64,000 nt of DNA from Takakia lepidozioides (taxonomy: Eukaryota; Plantae; Bryophyta). Below the pieces are notes generated by a model that was not told the DNA's origin, did no database searches, and saw nothing but the letters and a program-made list of their open reading frames with translations. Location: contig CM060733.1 in the NCBI GenBank assembly GCA_030704615.1, positions 22,010,001 through 22,074,000 of the forward strand, written 5' to 3'. Below, piece by piece: positions 48,350 to 62,500 of the stretch (positions within the stretch are counted from its first letter, which is position 1; the number at the start of each line of letters is the position of its first letter). The translations under genes were made by a program, and so were the position numbers.

Positions 48350-50125
48350 TCACTCCTTGATAGAACGTAAGAAATCACATAACACGCGGTCAAACAAATC
48401 CTCCGCTTCTACCTGTCCAATATAGCCAATTAAACGATTATCTTGGCATTCAGATTGGAGTTTAGCTGGCTTCTTTGCAGGATAGGCAACTACCAAGCTG
48501 ATGCAACCATCTTTGCATGCGGCAAGCACCCTCGTTTTGGACTCGGAACTATTCTTGTACATCTGTTCCGGATCTGTAGTTGCCACTGCTCTAGCCCACC
48601 GCACCTCAGATCGCAGCTTCAGTTGACAGAAGACGGGAATCTTCAAATTCCCAAGTCTCACAACAAAAAGAACATCAGCTCCAGATCTGTCGTAAAAAAT
48701 GAGGCATGGCGGACGAGATTTCTCTTCAGCATGAAGAAATTTACTTACGGTGTGGATCCTATATGACTCCCTCCACACTCCTTCACCTTCACCGGTAATC
48801 GTTGGCTTGTCCCTTGCGAATTTTGGAGGCAGGGTTGCATCCTTGAAACAGCACATATCGGCCAACAATTTTGTGCCGTCAAACAGCTTGGCCACATGAA
48901 CTGTGAAAAGTTTCTCCCATGCCCTACCCATTGCACTGGGATCATCCTTGCAATCAACCATGTAGTCTTTAAGTGATTTCTCAAATGAATGGTTGTTCGT
49001 CAAGTAGTTCATGATGCTATGATGGACTGTCGGTTCGACTATAGAGAAAGTGAATTGGGAACCTGTTGAATGGTGTAGCTGTCCAAGGCCACACTCGAGC
49101 AAAGTCATATCTCCGTCCGTTGAAACGGTATGTTCTCCCCTCCCTGCATAGGCAAAGGAGGTTCCTATTCTTTGCACCAAGGAAGCACTATTGAATGATT
49201 CTTCTTTCAGGACAAATGTGCCTTTTGCTCCACACAGAGCGCTCACAGCATAATAAATGGAAGTGCTGTCATTGGTGTTGCTTGTGATCTCCTTGAAATA
49301 GTTGTCTACTACGGTTATATCCCATCTTCCTCCAGCCTTCCTCAGAAGGCGCTCGACACAACTTACCAAACACCTTCGACGGCCTCTGAACTTTTCCAGC
49401 AGATACTGAGCATTGTCCTCCATATGATCATCCTCTAGCTTCAGGTACTCGCTGCAGAATTTCAGAACCTGACGCACATCTGTCCATGAAGAAAATGGAG
49501 CAGAAGAAAATTGAACCGGGCCACCACCCCCTTCTTTTGCAATCAGCGAACCTATGTCCGCTTCCAGCTTCAAAAAGCTGACACCTGTACCAGCAACAAA
49601 TACTTTCTGCTTTGGCAGCGATGTAGATGGCCCCACTAGGGCTTTGATCATTGGAGAAAAAATGGACCTTAGCTCTTTTGTCTCGGGGGATTCATAGTCA
49701 TTTACATATGTCCTTCCCAACACCTGCGCTTCATCCAGAACTACAGTGAAAGTGCCAACCTTCCCCTCTAAATCCGTCCACAGTTTTTTTATCCTAGCAT
49801 TTAGCCCCTCTGAATCTTCCAGGGAAGTAACCACGTCAAAAAGTTCCCGAGTAAGCACATCATATAGATCATTACGATCTGCACCAAGGAAAGCACGGAA
49901 TTGCACCTGGAGCATGAGCCATTGCAGAGGACTCAAATCAGGAATTTCTTGGTGACAAAATTCCAAGATTAACAACCTTGAAAGAATGGCACACCTCATA
50001 CGTTTCATCACATTCCTGTGATTCATTGCCTTATCGACCTCTATCTCGTGAGAACTCACAGAGGCGACATCATCTGACCCACCGTTTCCTTTGGTTTTAG
50101 CTGTCCAAAAAAAGGGGAGGTGGCT
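48350..50125 (-). CDS. Crinkler-like protein: P-loop NTPase C-terminal half plus PD-(D/E)xK restriction-endonuclease-like domain; 5-prime end unresolved
   Basis: About 590 uninterrupted codons; FFWTA...GNGGSDD, Walker B VVLDEAQ, AGTG, MGRAWE...GADVLF...VFCQLKL; no Walker A in frame. Confidence 0.65.
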   Translation of the reverse strand, partial: SHLPFFWTAKTKGNGGSDDVASVSSHEIEVDKAMNHRNVMKRMRCAILSRLLILEFCHQEIPDLSPLQWLMLQVQFRAFLGADRNDLYDVLTRELFDVVTSLEDSEGLNARIKKLWTDLEGKVGTFTVVLDEAQVLGRTYVNDYESPETKELRSIFSPMIKALVGPSTSLPKQKVFVAGTGVSFLKLEADIGSLIAKEGGGGPVQFSSAPFSSWTDVRQVLKFCSEYLKLEDDHMEDNAQYLLEKFRGRRRCLVSCVERLLRKAGGRWDITVVDNYFKEITSNTNDSTSIYYAVSALCGAKGTFVLKEESFNSASLVQRIGTSFAYAGRGEHTVSTDGDMTLLECGLGQLHHSTGSQFTFSIVEPTVHHSIMNYLTNNHSFEKSLKDYMVDCKDDPSAMGRAWEKLFTVHVAKLFDGTKLLADMCCFKDATLPPKFARDKPTITGEGEGVWRESYRIHTVSKFLHAEEKSRPPCLIFYDRSGADVLFVVRLGNLKIPVFCQLKLRSEVRWARAVATTDPEQMYKNSSESKTRVLAACKDGCISLVVAYPAKKPAKLQSECQDNRLIGYIGQVEAEDLFDRVLCDFLRSIKE

Positions 50126-51516
50126 CTTATTTACACTAATTTCAGTTGGCGTTGTCTCTCTCTCTCTTTGTGGACCTGGAATTGGACGGTTTTGGTTGGG
50201 GGCCACTGGGAACAGCCCCTTTGTTGATGGTGGTTGATGAAAATCCCATGCGAGGATCAATACCCAACTTCATCCCAAAAATGAAACCTTATACTCCAGT
50301 TGCAAATTTCCAAATTCAAAATAACAAGTGAAATTTCTTGCTGCCCCTCACCCACCCTCGCCACCCACCAACTTGAAATGGTTAGTACAAAGGAACCACA
50401 AGAAAAAATAAAACCTGAAAAAACTTCTGAATCTTTGGGGTGGTCAAGAAAATTCTTCATAAACTTGGAGGCTCGAGGTACAAAGTGAGCTGCTCCTACA
50501 CCTTCATGCCCACTTCAAGTCCTAAGAATTCACTAGGAGAATTCCTAGGCATTGGGTATGTTTTTCTCGTTTTTAACAGGTGCCCAATGTTTATAGGAAG
50601 ATCAAGAACATTAGTCATGTCAACATATAAATCCATTATAGCCAGGAAGCCATAGTAGTATACTCGAAAAACACTCTACTTCATTTAATTGCCCATTACA
50701 ATTAGCTCTAAGGCAGAAAATGATCTCTATTTAGAACAACTGAAAACCACTAGTATGATTTTGACTGGTTCTAACTTCTAACCATTTGCTCGTCTAAAAG
50801 TTGGCAAAATCTTAACCTCTTTCATGCCTGAAAGCTTCTTGCCTCAGAAAGCAGATACTTCAAAGAATTTCACAGTTCGGTCTCAACTGCAATGACCAAT
50901 TTTCTTCAGGGAGAGACAGTCCAACTCTGTCAGATGCTTCTTCGCAATGCATCTGGAGAAATGATGAAGCTTCAAGTCAAGGTAACAGAATCATTTAATC
51001 TCAGAAGAGCTCAGGTGATTTATCACTACGGCCTAAGCTGAAAAGTATTGCAACCACGATAGCCGAGGCAAACAAGCAAATAACTCACTGTTATGCCCAC
51101 AGCCCACCAGCCATATAATATGATACCACCACATCAAAAGCTTAGATTTTAGTATAGCCCTCCATAGACCGGCGAAGTACATGGACAACAACCAGATGTG
51201 TCCATTTTTATGCATCTCCGCTCTATCCACCAATCCATTACACCTAGTTAGCAAGCAACATACGATGTGTTCGAGACCACGGGCTACCGGTCGATGACCT
51301 CCTCGAAAACAGTTTATTGTATGAGGGTTGATGCACTTGCCCACAACTGCAACCGCTAAGACAATCAGCTGAAAGTAACCTACAGCATTGACTACAGCCA
51401 ACAGATTGAAAACAGCTGCAAAGGTTAAGCTTGAGCACCATCTGGGTCCCAAAGTGTTCAGTCCATGGAGAGACTTATGCGCACAGAAAATGTTGAAAAT
51501 TCTAGTGGCTATCTAC

Positions 51517-52147
51517 CAGTGTTGGACTGGTATCAGGTTTTGCTTATACCAGTAGGTTCCTGGTAGGAAGCAATTTTGTTTTTGTGTTATGGTAGGTTGT
51601 TAAATAATGTTTTTTTTTTAAATTCTGGTACCAGGCTGGTATCAGCAATGCACTTCATGAAAAAATGGAGGTCGGATATCAACAATGGTCCTCGAAAATA
51701 TTCTTGCAAAATATCAACATCGGTTATCAATACTTGAAGTGCAGAATCGTGTCACTTTTGTAAACTACTTGAAGAGCCAATATGCAGATCACAAGGAAGT
51801 TCAGCATGTTGTTGCCTAGCTTCAATGCCTAGCTTCAAATCCACACTACATGGCAATGCTAATCCTACCATATCTGCCGTAGCTGCTACTATATCCCCTC
51901 CCACATTGATACCAGGAAGCTCATACCAGGAGCTGCAACATAATTGTAAACACGGGTAACAACACCGGGTCCTATCGCCGTAAGCCGAGGCGGGTAGGAT
52001 CCTGCCGATCACTCTCGCAAGCCCTAACCGCCGGGCCTGTTCTGCATGGAGTTTTCAGGTTTCAAGAACCTTCTGGTAGGTTAGCTTATATCCGGGTTGT
52101 CACCCGGGTTAATAACCGGGTGGACCCTCAATACCAGTCCAACACTG
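51517..52147. mobile_element. Non-autonomous hAT element (MITE), 631 bp
   Basis: 17-bp perfect TIR CAGTGTTGGACTGGTAT / ATACCAGTCCAACACTG; 8-bp TSD CTATCTAC at 51509-51516 and 52148-52155. Confidence 0.95.
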
Positions 52148-52918
52148 CTATCTACCAAGGCATGAGCTTGGGTGAATACCAAGTACCCATACAGGATGCA
52201 AGTTGACAGTAACCAGAATCACCGCCAGTCATCCCAGACACACATTCGACAGGCCACATCAGTTGCTGCGATCAAGGTCATACAAGACCCATTCATTCAC
52301 CAGAGGAGACTATCTGAAGAATCACAGCCTATGCAATGCTCATGAGAAAATCCTACTATGACTTGATGATTTGATTGCAAGCTGGAAACCTTGTGAATTT
52401 CAAACCCACTGATTGCATCAGATCACAAATGATTACACGACTTCCAAATACTGGGTAACATCCAGCACCTCTTTGGTGGGGGAAAACCCCCCAGCATTTC
52501 AAAGATTATACAAAAGATAGTGTTTACAGAAGTCCTACAATGAATTGCATGTACAGAGAACCAATCCTTGATGGTCGTGCATATGTGATGGATGGTCATA
52601 GCAAAATGTGCATAACCTAACCCTATCCTATAAACAAGTGTACTCTGAATGCCTAAACAACCACACCAAAACTATGCACCATATGCTGTTTGTAGATACA
52701 GCATGTGCCCTGCGGGAGTCTAGCTGAATGAATACATAAAGACTGGAGATGACATTTGGCTATGACCATCTATGAATATACTTCAGTGACATCTGTTTGT
52801 TGGATATCATCTGAACTTTTTCCATCACCTCCACCTCTGTAACGCTTTTGATTCTCCTGGTGACTTTACCAAAGTGATCTGACTCACTATGAAGATTGGG
52901 GTGAACCTGTTGCAAGGG

Positions 52919-55081
52919 CTAAGACATGTAGACTTGCACGCTGGCGTTCTTAAGAGACCGGCATAGCGGGCATGCGTCGAGCCGGGTCTCACACTCCTTG
53001 CATAGGCAAAGATGTCGACAGGGTAGCAAAAGAATAGACACATCATTGCACCTGCACACTCTGCAGGTGCGCTGTTCGCGCAGCTCCCTGTTCTCTTTGA
53101 AAGTGCGGGCATGAGCATCAGCCATATCATCATGATGAGAGGATGCCGCATCATCAGCTTCACTATCCCCACAACCCTCTTTGCTTTGCTCCCGGCTGAG
53201 TACCGCTGCCTGCTGAGCCTGTTGAAGGTTGGACCTTAAAGCTGTAACGATTGCCTCATTCGTCTTGGCCTTACTCTGCCAGTGATGTGCCTCTACTCGG
53301 AGCTTGGTCACATGTTCCGCCAATTCTAGGTTCTGGCGTTTGACCTTCTCAACCTCCAAGTCCTTCTCACGCAGCCGACGTGAGACTCCTTCCTCAATCG
53401 CAGCAATGAGTGCCCGTGAATGTCGCTGCCTTTTCTCTTCTAGAAGCTGTCTAACTTGCTCTCCCTGAAGAATAACGAAAAATTAATTGTCAGTCTCCAG
53501 AGTGATTCGGATAGAACTGGTAGCATGCAGGTAGGGAATACTTAATAGTCGCACCTAGAAGTCGCTTATACCCTTCGCTGGGATGAACTGATTTTCTTAG
53601 GCACACAAATGTCTTTGCACATAACCCAGGACCTTCCCAAAGATGTTACAACGATGCATACATTTCATCAAACAACACACACCACTCCCATCCGATCTGC
53701 AGTTAACCGGAATTTGTGATGGCAGAACAGGAGTGAGGCCATACCTGTATTTTAAAAAACTGCTCAATCTCTTCCCTCTGCTGTTGAAGTTGTGTGGTAA
53801 CACTATCCCCCATAACAGAGAAGAGAGCAGAAGAAACGTCTCCCCGCCCACTTGTGGAAGGAGACGGGGTTGAATTAAGCCGCTCGTCCTCAAATGCAAG
53901 TCGCAAACCAGTTGATACCCCCGTAGATGGAGGCATAACCACTGAGCCCGATCCATGATTCTGATGGAAGTCTGCAACATTCAAAATCTGGTGTTGCTGC
54001 CTCTGGTTAGCAAGAAGGTCATCCGATTCTCTAGCTCTCTTTCTTGAACCAAGCAAATTGCAAGCAAGCTCGTTCTCAGCTTCATTGAATAGCGCGGCAT
54101 TCAGTGCTGGTTGATGTCCATGACTGGGACCTGCTACTGCGCAAATTCAAGGCAAATCAATATGGGTAAAATCAGCAACGTCTCCACGAATTATCGATTA
54201 AGAAGCGTGTTAACGGCAATCGGGTACGACACCATGAAAATAGCCCTACTGTCTGATTGAAAGATAGAATTTCCCTGGGTCTTACGATCGCCCGATGCAC
54301 TGGATGCTCGGGAGCCTTTAGGGGCGTCCCGGAATTTACATCCATGCTCATGAAGCCCTCTGCTGTTTAGACCTATCCCGGTCATTTGACCTTATTCCAT
54401 CCCTTCCTGATGAGGACAATCAGATCTCAGCTCGGGTCACCGGCATTCTACTCATTCCACCCTTATGTCGAGACCAGTGAACGACCATGTTACATAAGAA
54501 ATTTGGTGACACAATGCTATACACCAACCCACTGATGTGACTGAAGAAAGAGCCTCACATTGGTTAAACATCCGCAATTGATTTGATCCTCCAGCTGACG
54601 GAGGATGAATCTGGAAATCATCGAGGAACGTATTCTGGTTGAAAGTCAAAGGCGATAGGAAGTTGCGGTTGTCACCACCAAAAATTTGCCGCGCCCTGTT
54701 TCATCGCAAACGCCACTTGTTAGCATGATGAGTTCCACTTCAGACTAAGAAGACTGCCTCTCCATTCAAGCCAGGTTACTTTGCCAATATCACTTCCGAC
54801 TCACTTCTACGGGAGCGGTCCTGCTCATTAAACTTCTCTGTTGATTTCACATAAATTGCAAACCTATCTAACTGAGCTTCTTTGTCGCAATGATATACAA
54901 ACCGCTCATCGTCAATTCCAGTTCGAGAAAGGCTTGTACACTTCCAATTCCACCTCACAATTCTCTCAACAATCCCCGCCTGCCCTTCCCACACATGCGA
55001 GTGGAAACTGTGAAAGATTAAGGACCTGTTCCGGAAGTCTGGGAGAATAACATTTGACGGATATTGAGCTTGCACGGCCAT
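52919..55081 (-). CDS. BOI-related / S-RNase-binding (SBP) RING-HC E3 ubiquitin ligase, 4 coding exons, intact
   Basis: Exons 55081-55026, 54695-54559, 54136-53745 and 53464-52919 splice in frame; MAVQAQYPSN start; coiled coil; CRVC...LLLPCRHLCLCKECE...CPLC. Confidence 0.95.
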
Positions 55082-56099
55082 TGCACTGTCACTGCTTCCT
55101 GCTCCAGCTGCAGCTTCCACTATTAACTACCGAGTAAATTTCTACACGAGGTCGTGCTTGTATATAGAGACTCTGTCGAAGCACTCGCGAAGGTGTCCAG
55201 CGGTGTGTGGAAAATATCTGATAGCGTCCGTGGTGAAGCTCCGACAAGCATGCACAGGCGTTAATAATCTCCTGAAACTAGAGTCAAAGCTGTGGCCAGA
55301 GGAGATGGCTATTAAGAGTGACTGTTCAAGAGTCAATCTCGCAACTACTACATACGCTCCACCGGCCACCCTGCAAATGTGCAACGGAAGCTTTCAAAGA
55401 TTTCCCGACGCAAGTCTCACTCGAGGCTTCCCAATTGACAAGATTTCAGAGAGTTCGCAACTCTTTCCCTTGATGTCACTTCAATAAAAAAATCAAGGAC
55501 ACTAGCGGGATCTTTCAAGTGCGCGTGCAGAATATGAATCAGTTTCGGTGTCTCGAGTCAACAAGAAGATCTGGATTTCTACAGAAAAAAGCATAGGTAA
55601 CTGGCAAGAAAGTTGAAAACATAGATGGAACGCATAGAGAAGGAGAATGTGACTCAGATACCGAACGAAGACTACAGAAAGATACGTTCCAACTCCAATT
55701 GACCACGGGAAGTGTCGTCTGTTTTAAGCAAAAACAAACGTCCTTCAAATCAATGTCAAGCAATAGGAGTCGTATCCAAGAGATATCAGGAAGAAGAGGA
55801 AAATTGGAAGGCCGAAAAAGATTAACACAAGCAACCGGTCTACAAGGCCGATATATCAAAGGGAGATAAAACGAATTTGCAGCAGGCGATGGCCTGGAGC
55901 AAAGCTTTGTCAGAAAACTATAGATGAAGAGAAGGCAGCGCCACGGGAATTGAACCACCGCAGCTCGGGAGACGAAAAGAGAGAGGCTGGCCGAACAATC
56001 ACTCCGACGCTGAGCAACAACCACGAGAAGGGAAAAGAACGGGGAGGCTGGAATGAGAGAAAGAGAGGCCAGGCTACGGATACAAAAGAAGAGGCTCGC

Positions 56100-56650
56100 A
56101 GAGGCGTTCCTAGAAATGTGTGGTGATTGCAGTGGAGCGGCAGAGATGTCAAGATGTAAAGAAGGCGAGACTTAGGTGTCTCTCGCTCTCGACGTGGGGC
56201 TGTAGAGACAGAGAGCGCGAGCGAGAGCAGGCGGGTGAGCGTGCAGGGCATGCAGCCGGGAAGGTTGGCAAGCGGGCAGCGCCTGTTGTTTTCCCCGCCA
56301 CTTTATCGCCCGTCTAATCGCCGGGCCGCTCCGCCAGACCCGCCACCACCGCTCACCTGACTCCCCTTTTACCGCGCTTCACCTTCTGACCTAACGCGTC
56401 CGCACCCGTCGTAATCCACACCCGCAGTTGACCCTGGCGCCGTTAACTTGCCCTAATTAATCCCCAAGGCAGCCGAGGCGAGCGCGGGGCGAGCGTTGCG
56501 GCCGGTGGAGGGAAGGTGGAGGGGTCGGCCCACGTACAGCGCGGCATTCACTGCATGCGGCCTCGCCCGCGCTGCGCCTGGCCACGCCCCGGATCCCACC
56601 CGCACGTCACCCACTTTGTGCGCTTCACCCACCACGCCATTTCAATAGTC
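56100..56650 (-). promoter_or_regulatory. GC/CpG-rich probable promoter and transcription-start region of the RING gene
   Basis: CpG-dense island with CT/GA runs upstream of a long 5-prime leader; inferred from position. Confidence 0.45.
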
Positions 56651-57622
56651 TGACTTGGAAAAAACAACGGCCCCATCCGATTATTCCTTGTCCCCAGCGT
56701 CTCCCTTCCAATTTTCTTCGTCACAATTTGTATTCCTGTTGACGCGCTGCGTATGTTTATGTGGAAATATGAGATAATATACGCGATCCCGTTGCGAGCA
56801 CAAAAATGTGCGAGTGCGAGGGAGAAAGGAAACGACAGCTTGTGTGTCGAGGAACTCCGCGGGTTCCCGCCATTTTTGCAACGACCGGTTCGTTCTTCTT
56901 TCTCACCGACGTTACGCGGTCGCTCTAACGTCCTGGACCGGCTGGTTCCAGTGGTTTATCCGTGGGAGGACCGGCTTCCGCCGGTCGCGGGAGCGTTTGA
57001 CTGTGGGGCGTGGTAGAAACGGGTGCGATGCGTTTCACCCCGTGAAAAGCAGTGACGGCGACCGGCACGAGCGGTCATCGAGGCGCATTCATTGAACGGA
57101 CCTGACCATATCTTCTGTTTTTTCCTGCTCACTATTTTGCTTGATCACTACTCGTGAAAAACTCGCATCATCATGAAGCAACACATGCATGCATGCTTAT
57201 GTATGTCACGCTTTGCAATTTTCTTATCTCCATCTTACTGCGGACACGTATCGCATGTTTCTTTGAATTTTTGAATTTTTCCACTTAGCAATGAAAGAAT
57301 CCCCTCTTGAAAGAAACAAAAAATGAAAGCATCAGTGAAAGGCGAGGAAAAAAAACCTCAAGAGCCATGAAGGCATGACAAGCCATGGGGCAGCCACCCA
57401 TATCTTTTCCTCACCTTTAAATGCTTTTTCCGGGGTTCCTGTCCCCTTTCTTGAAACAAAAAAAAAGAAAGCTGAAATTGAGATTGTTGGTTTATACTTC
57501 AATTTCCAGTGCTTCCTCCTCCGTATTGTTTTTTTTTTTAAAAGCAATTGAAAGGGGGTGTTCTCAACAATGAACGAAATGGTTAGTAGATGGAGCCTTC
57601 CGGGTCCAAAAATCATTCCATT

Positions 57623-59570
57623 CAGGCCCGACAGGATGCCCCACCCGGCCCGGCCCGACCCAAATGAGCAAACAATAGATTCAACAATACCTTTAATTTT
57701 TTCTCACATACCTAAAAATTTAAAATAAAATAAAATACCTATTGTTACTTATCAGTAAAATTCGAGTAAGACTACTTATGTGCCGAGTACTACAAATTTG
57801 AAGATAAGGACAATTCCCAGATTGATTGATGGGATTTGTGATTGAATAATAAAATACAACAAGCCCACGACCCCATGTAACATGATACAGCCAGGAAATA
57901 CAATAGAGCAAAGAAGGGTGTGGTGCATGATGTGATTTGCAGCACTATTCACGACCGTTGCAAAAGTCCATGGAATCTTAGGCTGCTACAATTACGAGTA
58001 TAATTGTAGTTGAAGGCAGCCCCAGTGTAATATTCCAAGTGGAGTGGCTGTCAAACAACGAAGACCCTCCAAAGGAATAGCAAGGCCAAAACTGCGTGAC
58101 ATAAATACACGATGCAAGAAAAACAAGGGGGGGTCAGCGCAGATGGCAAGCAAAGCTTTGGCCTTAGCGTGGGTGGCATTAACGCCTAATTGGAGGGTGG
58201 CGCCTCATAATTTGGTGGCTGCTGCAGGGTTGGTGGCCTCGCCCTGTCACCGCTCTTGGTCGCCCTGGTTTTGTTTGTTTGGGGCGTTTTTGGAAGGCTC
58301 GAAAAGCGGGGGGGCTGTTGAATAAGTCAAATACTAGCTAGCCAGAGTTGCACTCATCTACCCCACCACAAGCCTGCCTTGACAGGGTTTCGTGCAACAC
58401 AACCTTTATCCAACGAGGTTACTGCTGCTGCATTTACTGTTGTTTTGGTGGAAATGGCATCCCAAAGCATATTTGCTGCATTGAAGCTTCACGGAATTTG
58501 TTGAGGTGGTCAGTCATAAGGCCCAGCCAGCCCATGTGTGAATTAGAGGGGCACAGGTGGTGGGAGTGAGTGTTGTTGTAGTGGGACAAATCACATGTTA
58601 ATGTTCATTGATTCATTTGATGAAGGATCCCATGTGAGCCTCTTGGAAGTTGGAGGGTGCAGTTGGGTTACTTAGAGACCGGAGTGTACCAGAGCTGACA
58701 AGTCAACAATGAATGGTATAGTCTATTGTCAAATCTTCTGGGGATCTCTCGTCCAGGAAAGCCAGCATTGAAAAGAAGTGAATAATGGGATGTGCGCCTT
58801 TGATGATGCTGTAAATGGGCAACGCATCAATGCCAGGAACATGGTCCCAACAAAGATTCAGGTATCTCGCCAAAGTTGAGTATCTGCGGTATTTTCTCAT
58901 TAAAGTATCGTGTAAGTTTGAATTGGAACTTCGGTACCCCACACGACACACTTATAATGCATCGCGTGATCAAATAGTCCAAACAAATGATTACCTGTGG
59001 CCCTAGTTCCTTCATTTATAAGCCGGCCACACTACTTTTGGGGCCACAATAAGGGGGATGCATTCAACTTATTTGTAAACGTACACAAGAGTAGGTGGTT
59101 GGGTGCTTGTGTTTTTTCTTCCTTGGAGCCATTGAAAGGCGCTTATGATTTCCACAAACAAAATTCCAGTAACAAGTTGCTAGTCTCGGCCGTGGGGCCC
59201 AGAAAATGGGTTGACAAAATGAAGAATGCCCCGGGGCCACAAAGCAAAAGGATATGATACCCAACCCATGACCTCAATGATATATGCATGCAAAGCTTGA
59301 TAAGTACCCAACAATGCCTGTGTGTGTGTGCCTGGTTGTTTGTGGGCCTGGGCAAAAGACAGGCAAGGCAGGCATGAAATCAGGTGGTACATTGAGCAAG
59401 GTAGGTGTTGGGGGGCCACAACACAGGGACTGCCTAAGAGAGAGGGAGAGAGGGAGAGAGGCAAGGGACACATGAGGCACATGGTGTGTAAGGAAGGGGT
59501 AGGTAACAGGGAGGCTGGCATACAATGGTGGTGACCGGCGACCGGTAGGTACCCGGTACGGGTGGGGCCT
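57623..59570 (-). mobile_element. Possible decayed hAT derivative
   Basis: Imperfect ends CAGGCCC...GGGGCCTG with GC-rich subterminal motifs; 58700-58900 translates to pieces (KIPQILNFGEI, HVPG, FSMLAFL) resembling the hAT dimerisation domain; no TSD found. Confidence 0.35.
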
Positions 59571-62500
59571 GCCCTTCTGAACTTGGTGAAGTGGTCACCC
59601 CTGATTGCCGGTTCCCTGCCCTTCATGTTATTTGCGTTGCCTCTTCTCGGGTCCCCCGCGGCCGTGCCGGTGTGACGGCCCTCCGTCCCTCCCTCCCGCT
59701 GTTTTCAAGGCCTGCTGCTACTACTCCCAACTGTGCATCCCCATGTCATAAGTCCCTTGTATGCTTTAATGTGAGAGGGACCCAATTCCAAGGCTCTTTC
59801 AGGGACTCCACCACACAACACTTATAATAATTTTGTCTCCTTCTTACAATTTCAGTGTATTAAGTTGGGGTTGAGGGACTGCCTTTGAAAGCTGTTGCAG
59901 ATACGGAATGATTGGAGTGTAGGGAGGGCGGGGGTGTGGGTGCAACGGGAAGGCAGCCGTAGCACAGATTGCAGCTCACAGGCAGGCTCAATAAAATGAT
60001 GGCACAGAGGTACTCTGCAAACTGGCAGCAGCAGCAGCGATTATATTGCAGCAGACGCTGTGCCACCCACCCCACGACCCTGCATCTCTCTTGCATGTGA
60101 CATCCTTCCACTGTGGTACCCTTCACCACCCTGTGCCTCTGTGGCAACCTCCAATGCTAGAATCCTTTGAATGTCCCAAGTCCCAACACCAGAGAAACAA
60201 TAGAGAGAACAGAACACCAAAGAAAGAAAAGAAATATTCGTTCCTCATCCATCCTAGTTGGCCCTCCTTACCCAGATGAATGTACTTTGTTCTGTTCATG
60301 GCACAATTGTGTCCCAAGTTGGTTTTCAGTATTCAAAGCATAATGCCTTGAATGAACCCAAGAAAGAAGCCTTATAATATGGGTATTGATCTGTGCAAGC
60401 CTCGAGGGAATGCTCCATGTTCTTGTCCTGAGTTTCAGAGTGTACAGCTACAAAAATACAAGTCGCTTGTCTAAGACAGAAAGTGGCCAGTTCTGGGGTG
60501 GGCCCGTCCCTGTGGCCAAATATAACTTGCAAAGTATCTTAGATGCATTATAAAGCGGTGTTGGAGTTATGTGTGTGAGTAGATCCAAACACAAGTGATG
60601 TAAATGAGATTTGCACGTCAATACAAGAATATGTATTAATTTAGTGAAGGGAAGCAAATGATGTTGCAGTGGACATCTATGACTCATGAGTGGGCCATGT
60701 GCTGTGCTCAAAGGGACACTCGACCCACACCCCATCACAATGGCAACGATCTACTTACAGGCCTGCAAAGTGTGTGTGGTACTGAGCCTGCAACAAGCAA
60801 ACTTGTGAAGTGATGCAGTGATTAGATTAAACATTAGCAGCCCGGACTAATTGTGCAGTAGGTAAGCAGGTGTGAGAGCGTACTATAGATTTGAGGGTGA
60901 CGTACTCAACCAGGGTTTAAATCCGACCTGCTGACATGATTAGATCCGGAGTGCTGACATGATTGGAGGCAGTGAGAGACAGGAGGGGTCAGGTCGTCCC
61001 ATCCACCCCTCTTTTACTGCGTCTCAAGTGCTGCTAATCTAATCAGGCAACTAGGGTTGCGGTGGTACAGAGGGTGGTGACAGATCTGGCAACCCAAAAC
61101 AAACTCGGCCTGCAAACCAGGAGTCAAATCAAAGGACATTCAACAGAGCCTTTAAGATTCACTCTAACTATGCCTTTTCGTACCACTTTACAGACCTTAT
61201 TTTAGCCTCATGACTCATTACTTTAGATAAAGTTGAGTAATCCTGTCCTGTACAGGCAGTGATCAGTGAATGAACCTCCAAGCAACTGTTGAATGAAAAG
61301 ACTGCACAAGCACATCTGCACAGCCAGGTGTAGATACGCCCACCCTTTTCTCTAAATTTAAGATGAATCTGCCAGAGCCCTTTTTAATTATCTAGATTAA
61401 GAAAGCAGGTCACAAAAACCCTCCAGATCCAGGAATAACAGCACTGGTTGGTGACTGCAGGTGAGAACGCGAAAACCCAGTAATATCTACTGGAAGTGAG
61501 AACCTAGATGGAAGAGATAGAACCTAATAAGAGACAGAACCTAGATGGAGAGATCAACTCATGCCCTGCTACTGAAGTGTGTTGAGACAATAATAAGTAC
61601 TTGTTGACCAGTGGGTGGAGTGGGGAGGAGGTGGATCGTATGCCATTATACTCTTGTGGGGCTGGGTTGCTACAAGTTACCCATATTTCCATCTTAAATG
61701 TTAAGAGTTCTGGCCCTGTATATTCACACGTGTGGGGAGCCTCAAAACTCATTTCCTGACATTCGAATTGTGAATCGGAAGAGCCTACAATTGCAGTGCA
61801 TTTTGACGGTAGGTAATGATGTGGGATTTTTCGGTTGTATTTAGTCAAATGACGACATACACCAAATGGATGGCATTTATATTCTCTTCACTGCCAGTGG
61901 GCATCGAGTCAGCTTGACACCACGTGGTTAAACGATGGGAACTCTGGCGGTGGCCGAAAAGGTAGAGAGAAGAAGAGTCAAGTGATGAGGCAGGGTACCT
62001 CAGCAAGTCAAGCCAGATGATTTCACTCACTGTCAGGCAAAGTTGTAGGAGAAATTTGAGAAATAATTAGGGCAACTACATGTGAGCGCCTCATATTCCC
62101 AACTGGCATGGTCACAGAAGGAGGATAGAAATTCTGCTGCCTGGCGTGTGATGAGTGCGCGAGGGAAAAGAAGGTGGCGGCAGCGATGGCGGTGGAGCAG
62201 CGACGAAGAAGATGGTGGCAGGAACACAGGCATGTAGCTCTCTGCGCACGATGCTGCGACACGCTCACAAGCTTCGCCAGCGCGCGCGCGCACACACTGC
62301 AACACTTCCGCAGCGCCCATCACTGCTCCACACCAGCATGCCAACCCCGGAATCATTAAGCCTGCACCCTTCCAAATTGCTTTGCCAGGAAGCTCCAACT
62401 TGGTCACTCCCTGCACCTCCTTCATGACCTTCACTTTTCTGTGGACAACTCAACTGGGTCATTCACAATTCCATAAGTTGAGGAGCTGCAAATTGCAGTT

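Noticed and set aside
60820-61045. Imperfect inverted ends GATTAGATT...AGCAGC / GCTGCTAATCTAATC suggesting a MITE
   Set aside because: The TIR is interrupted and there is no TSD.
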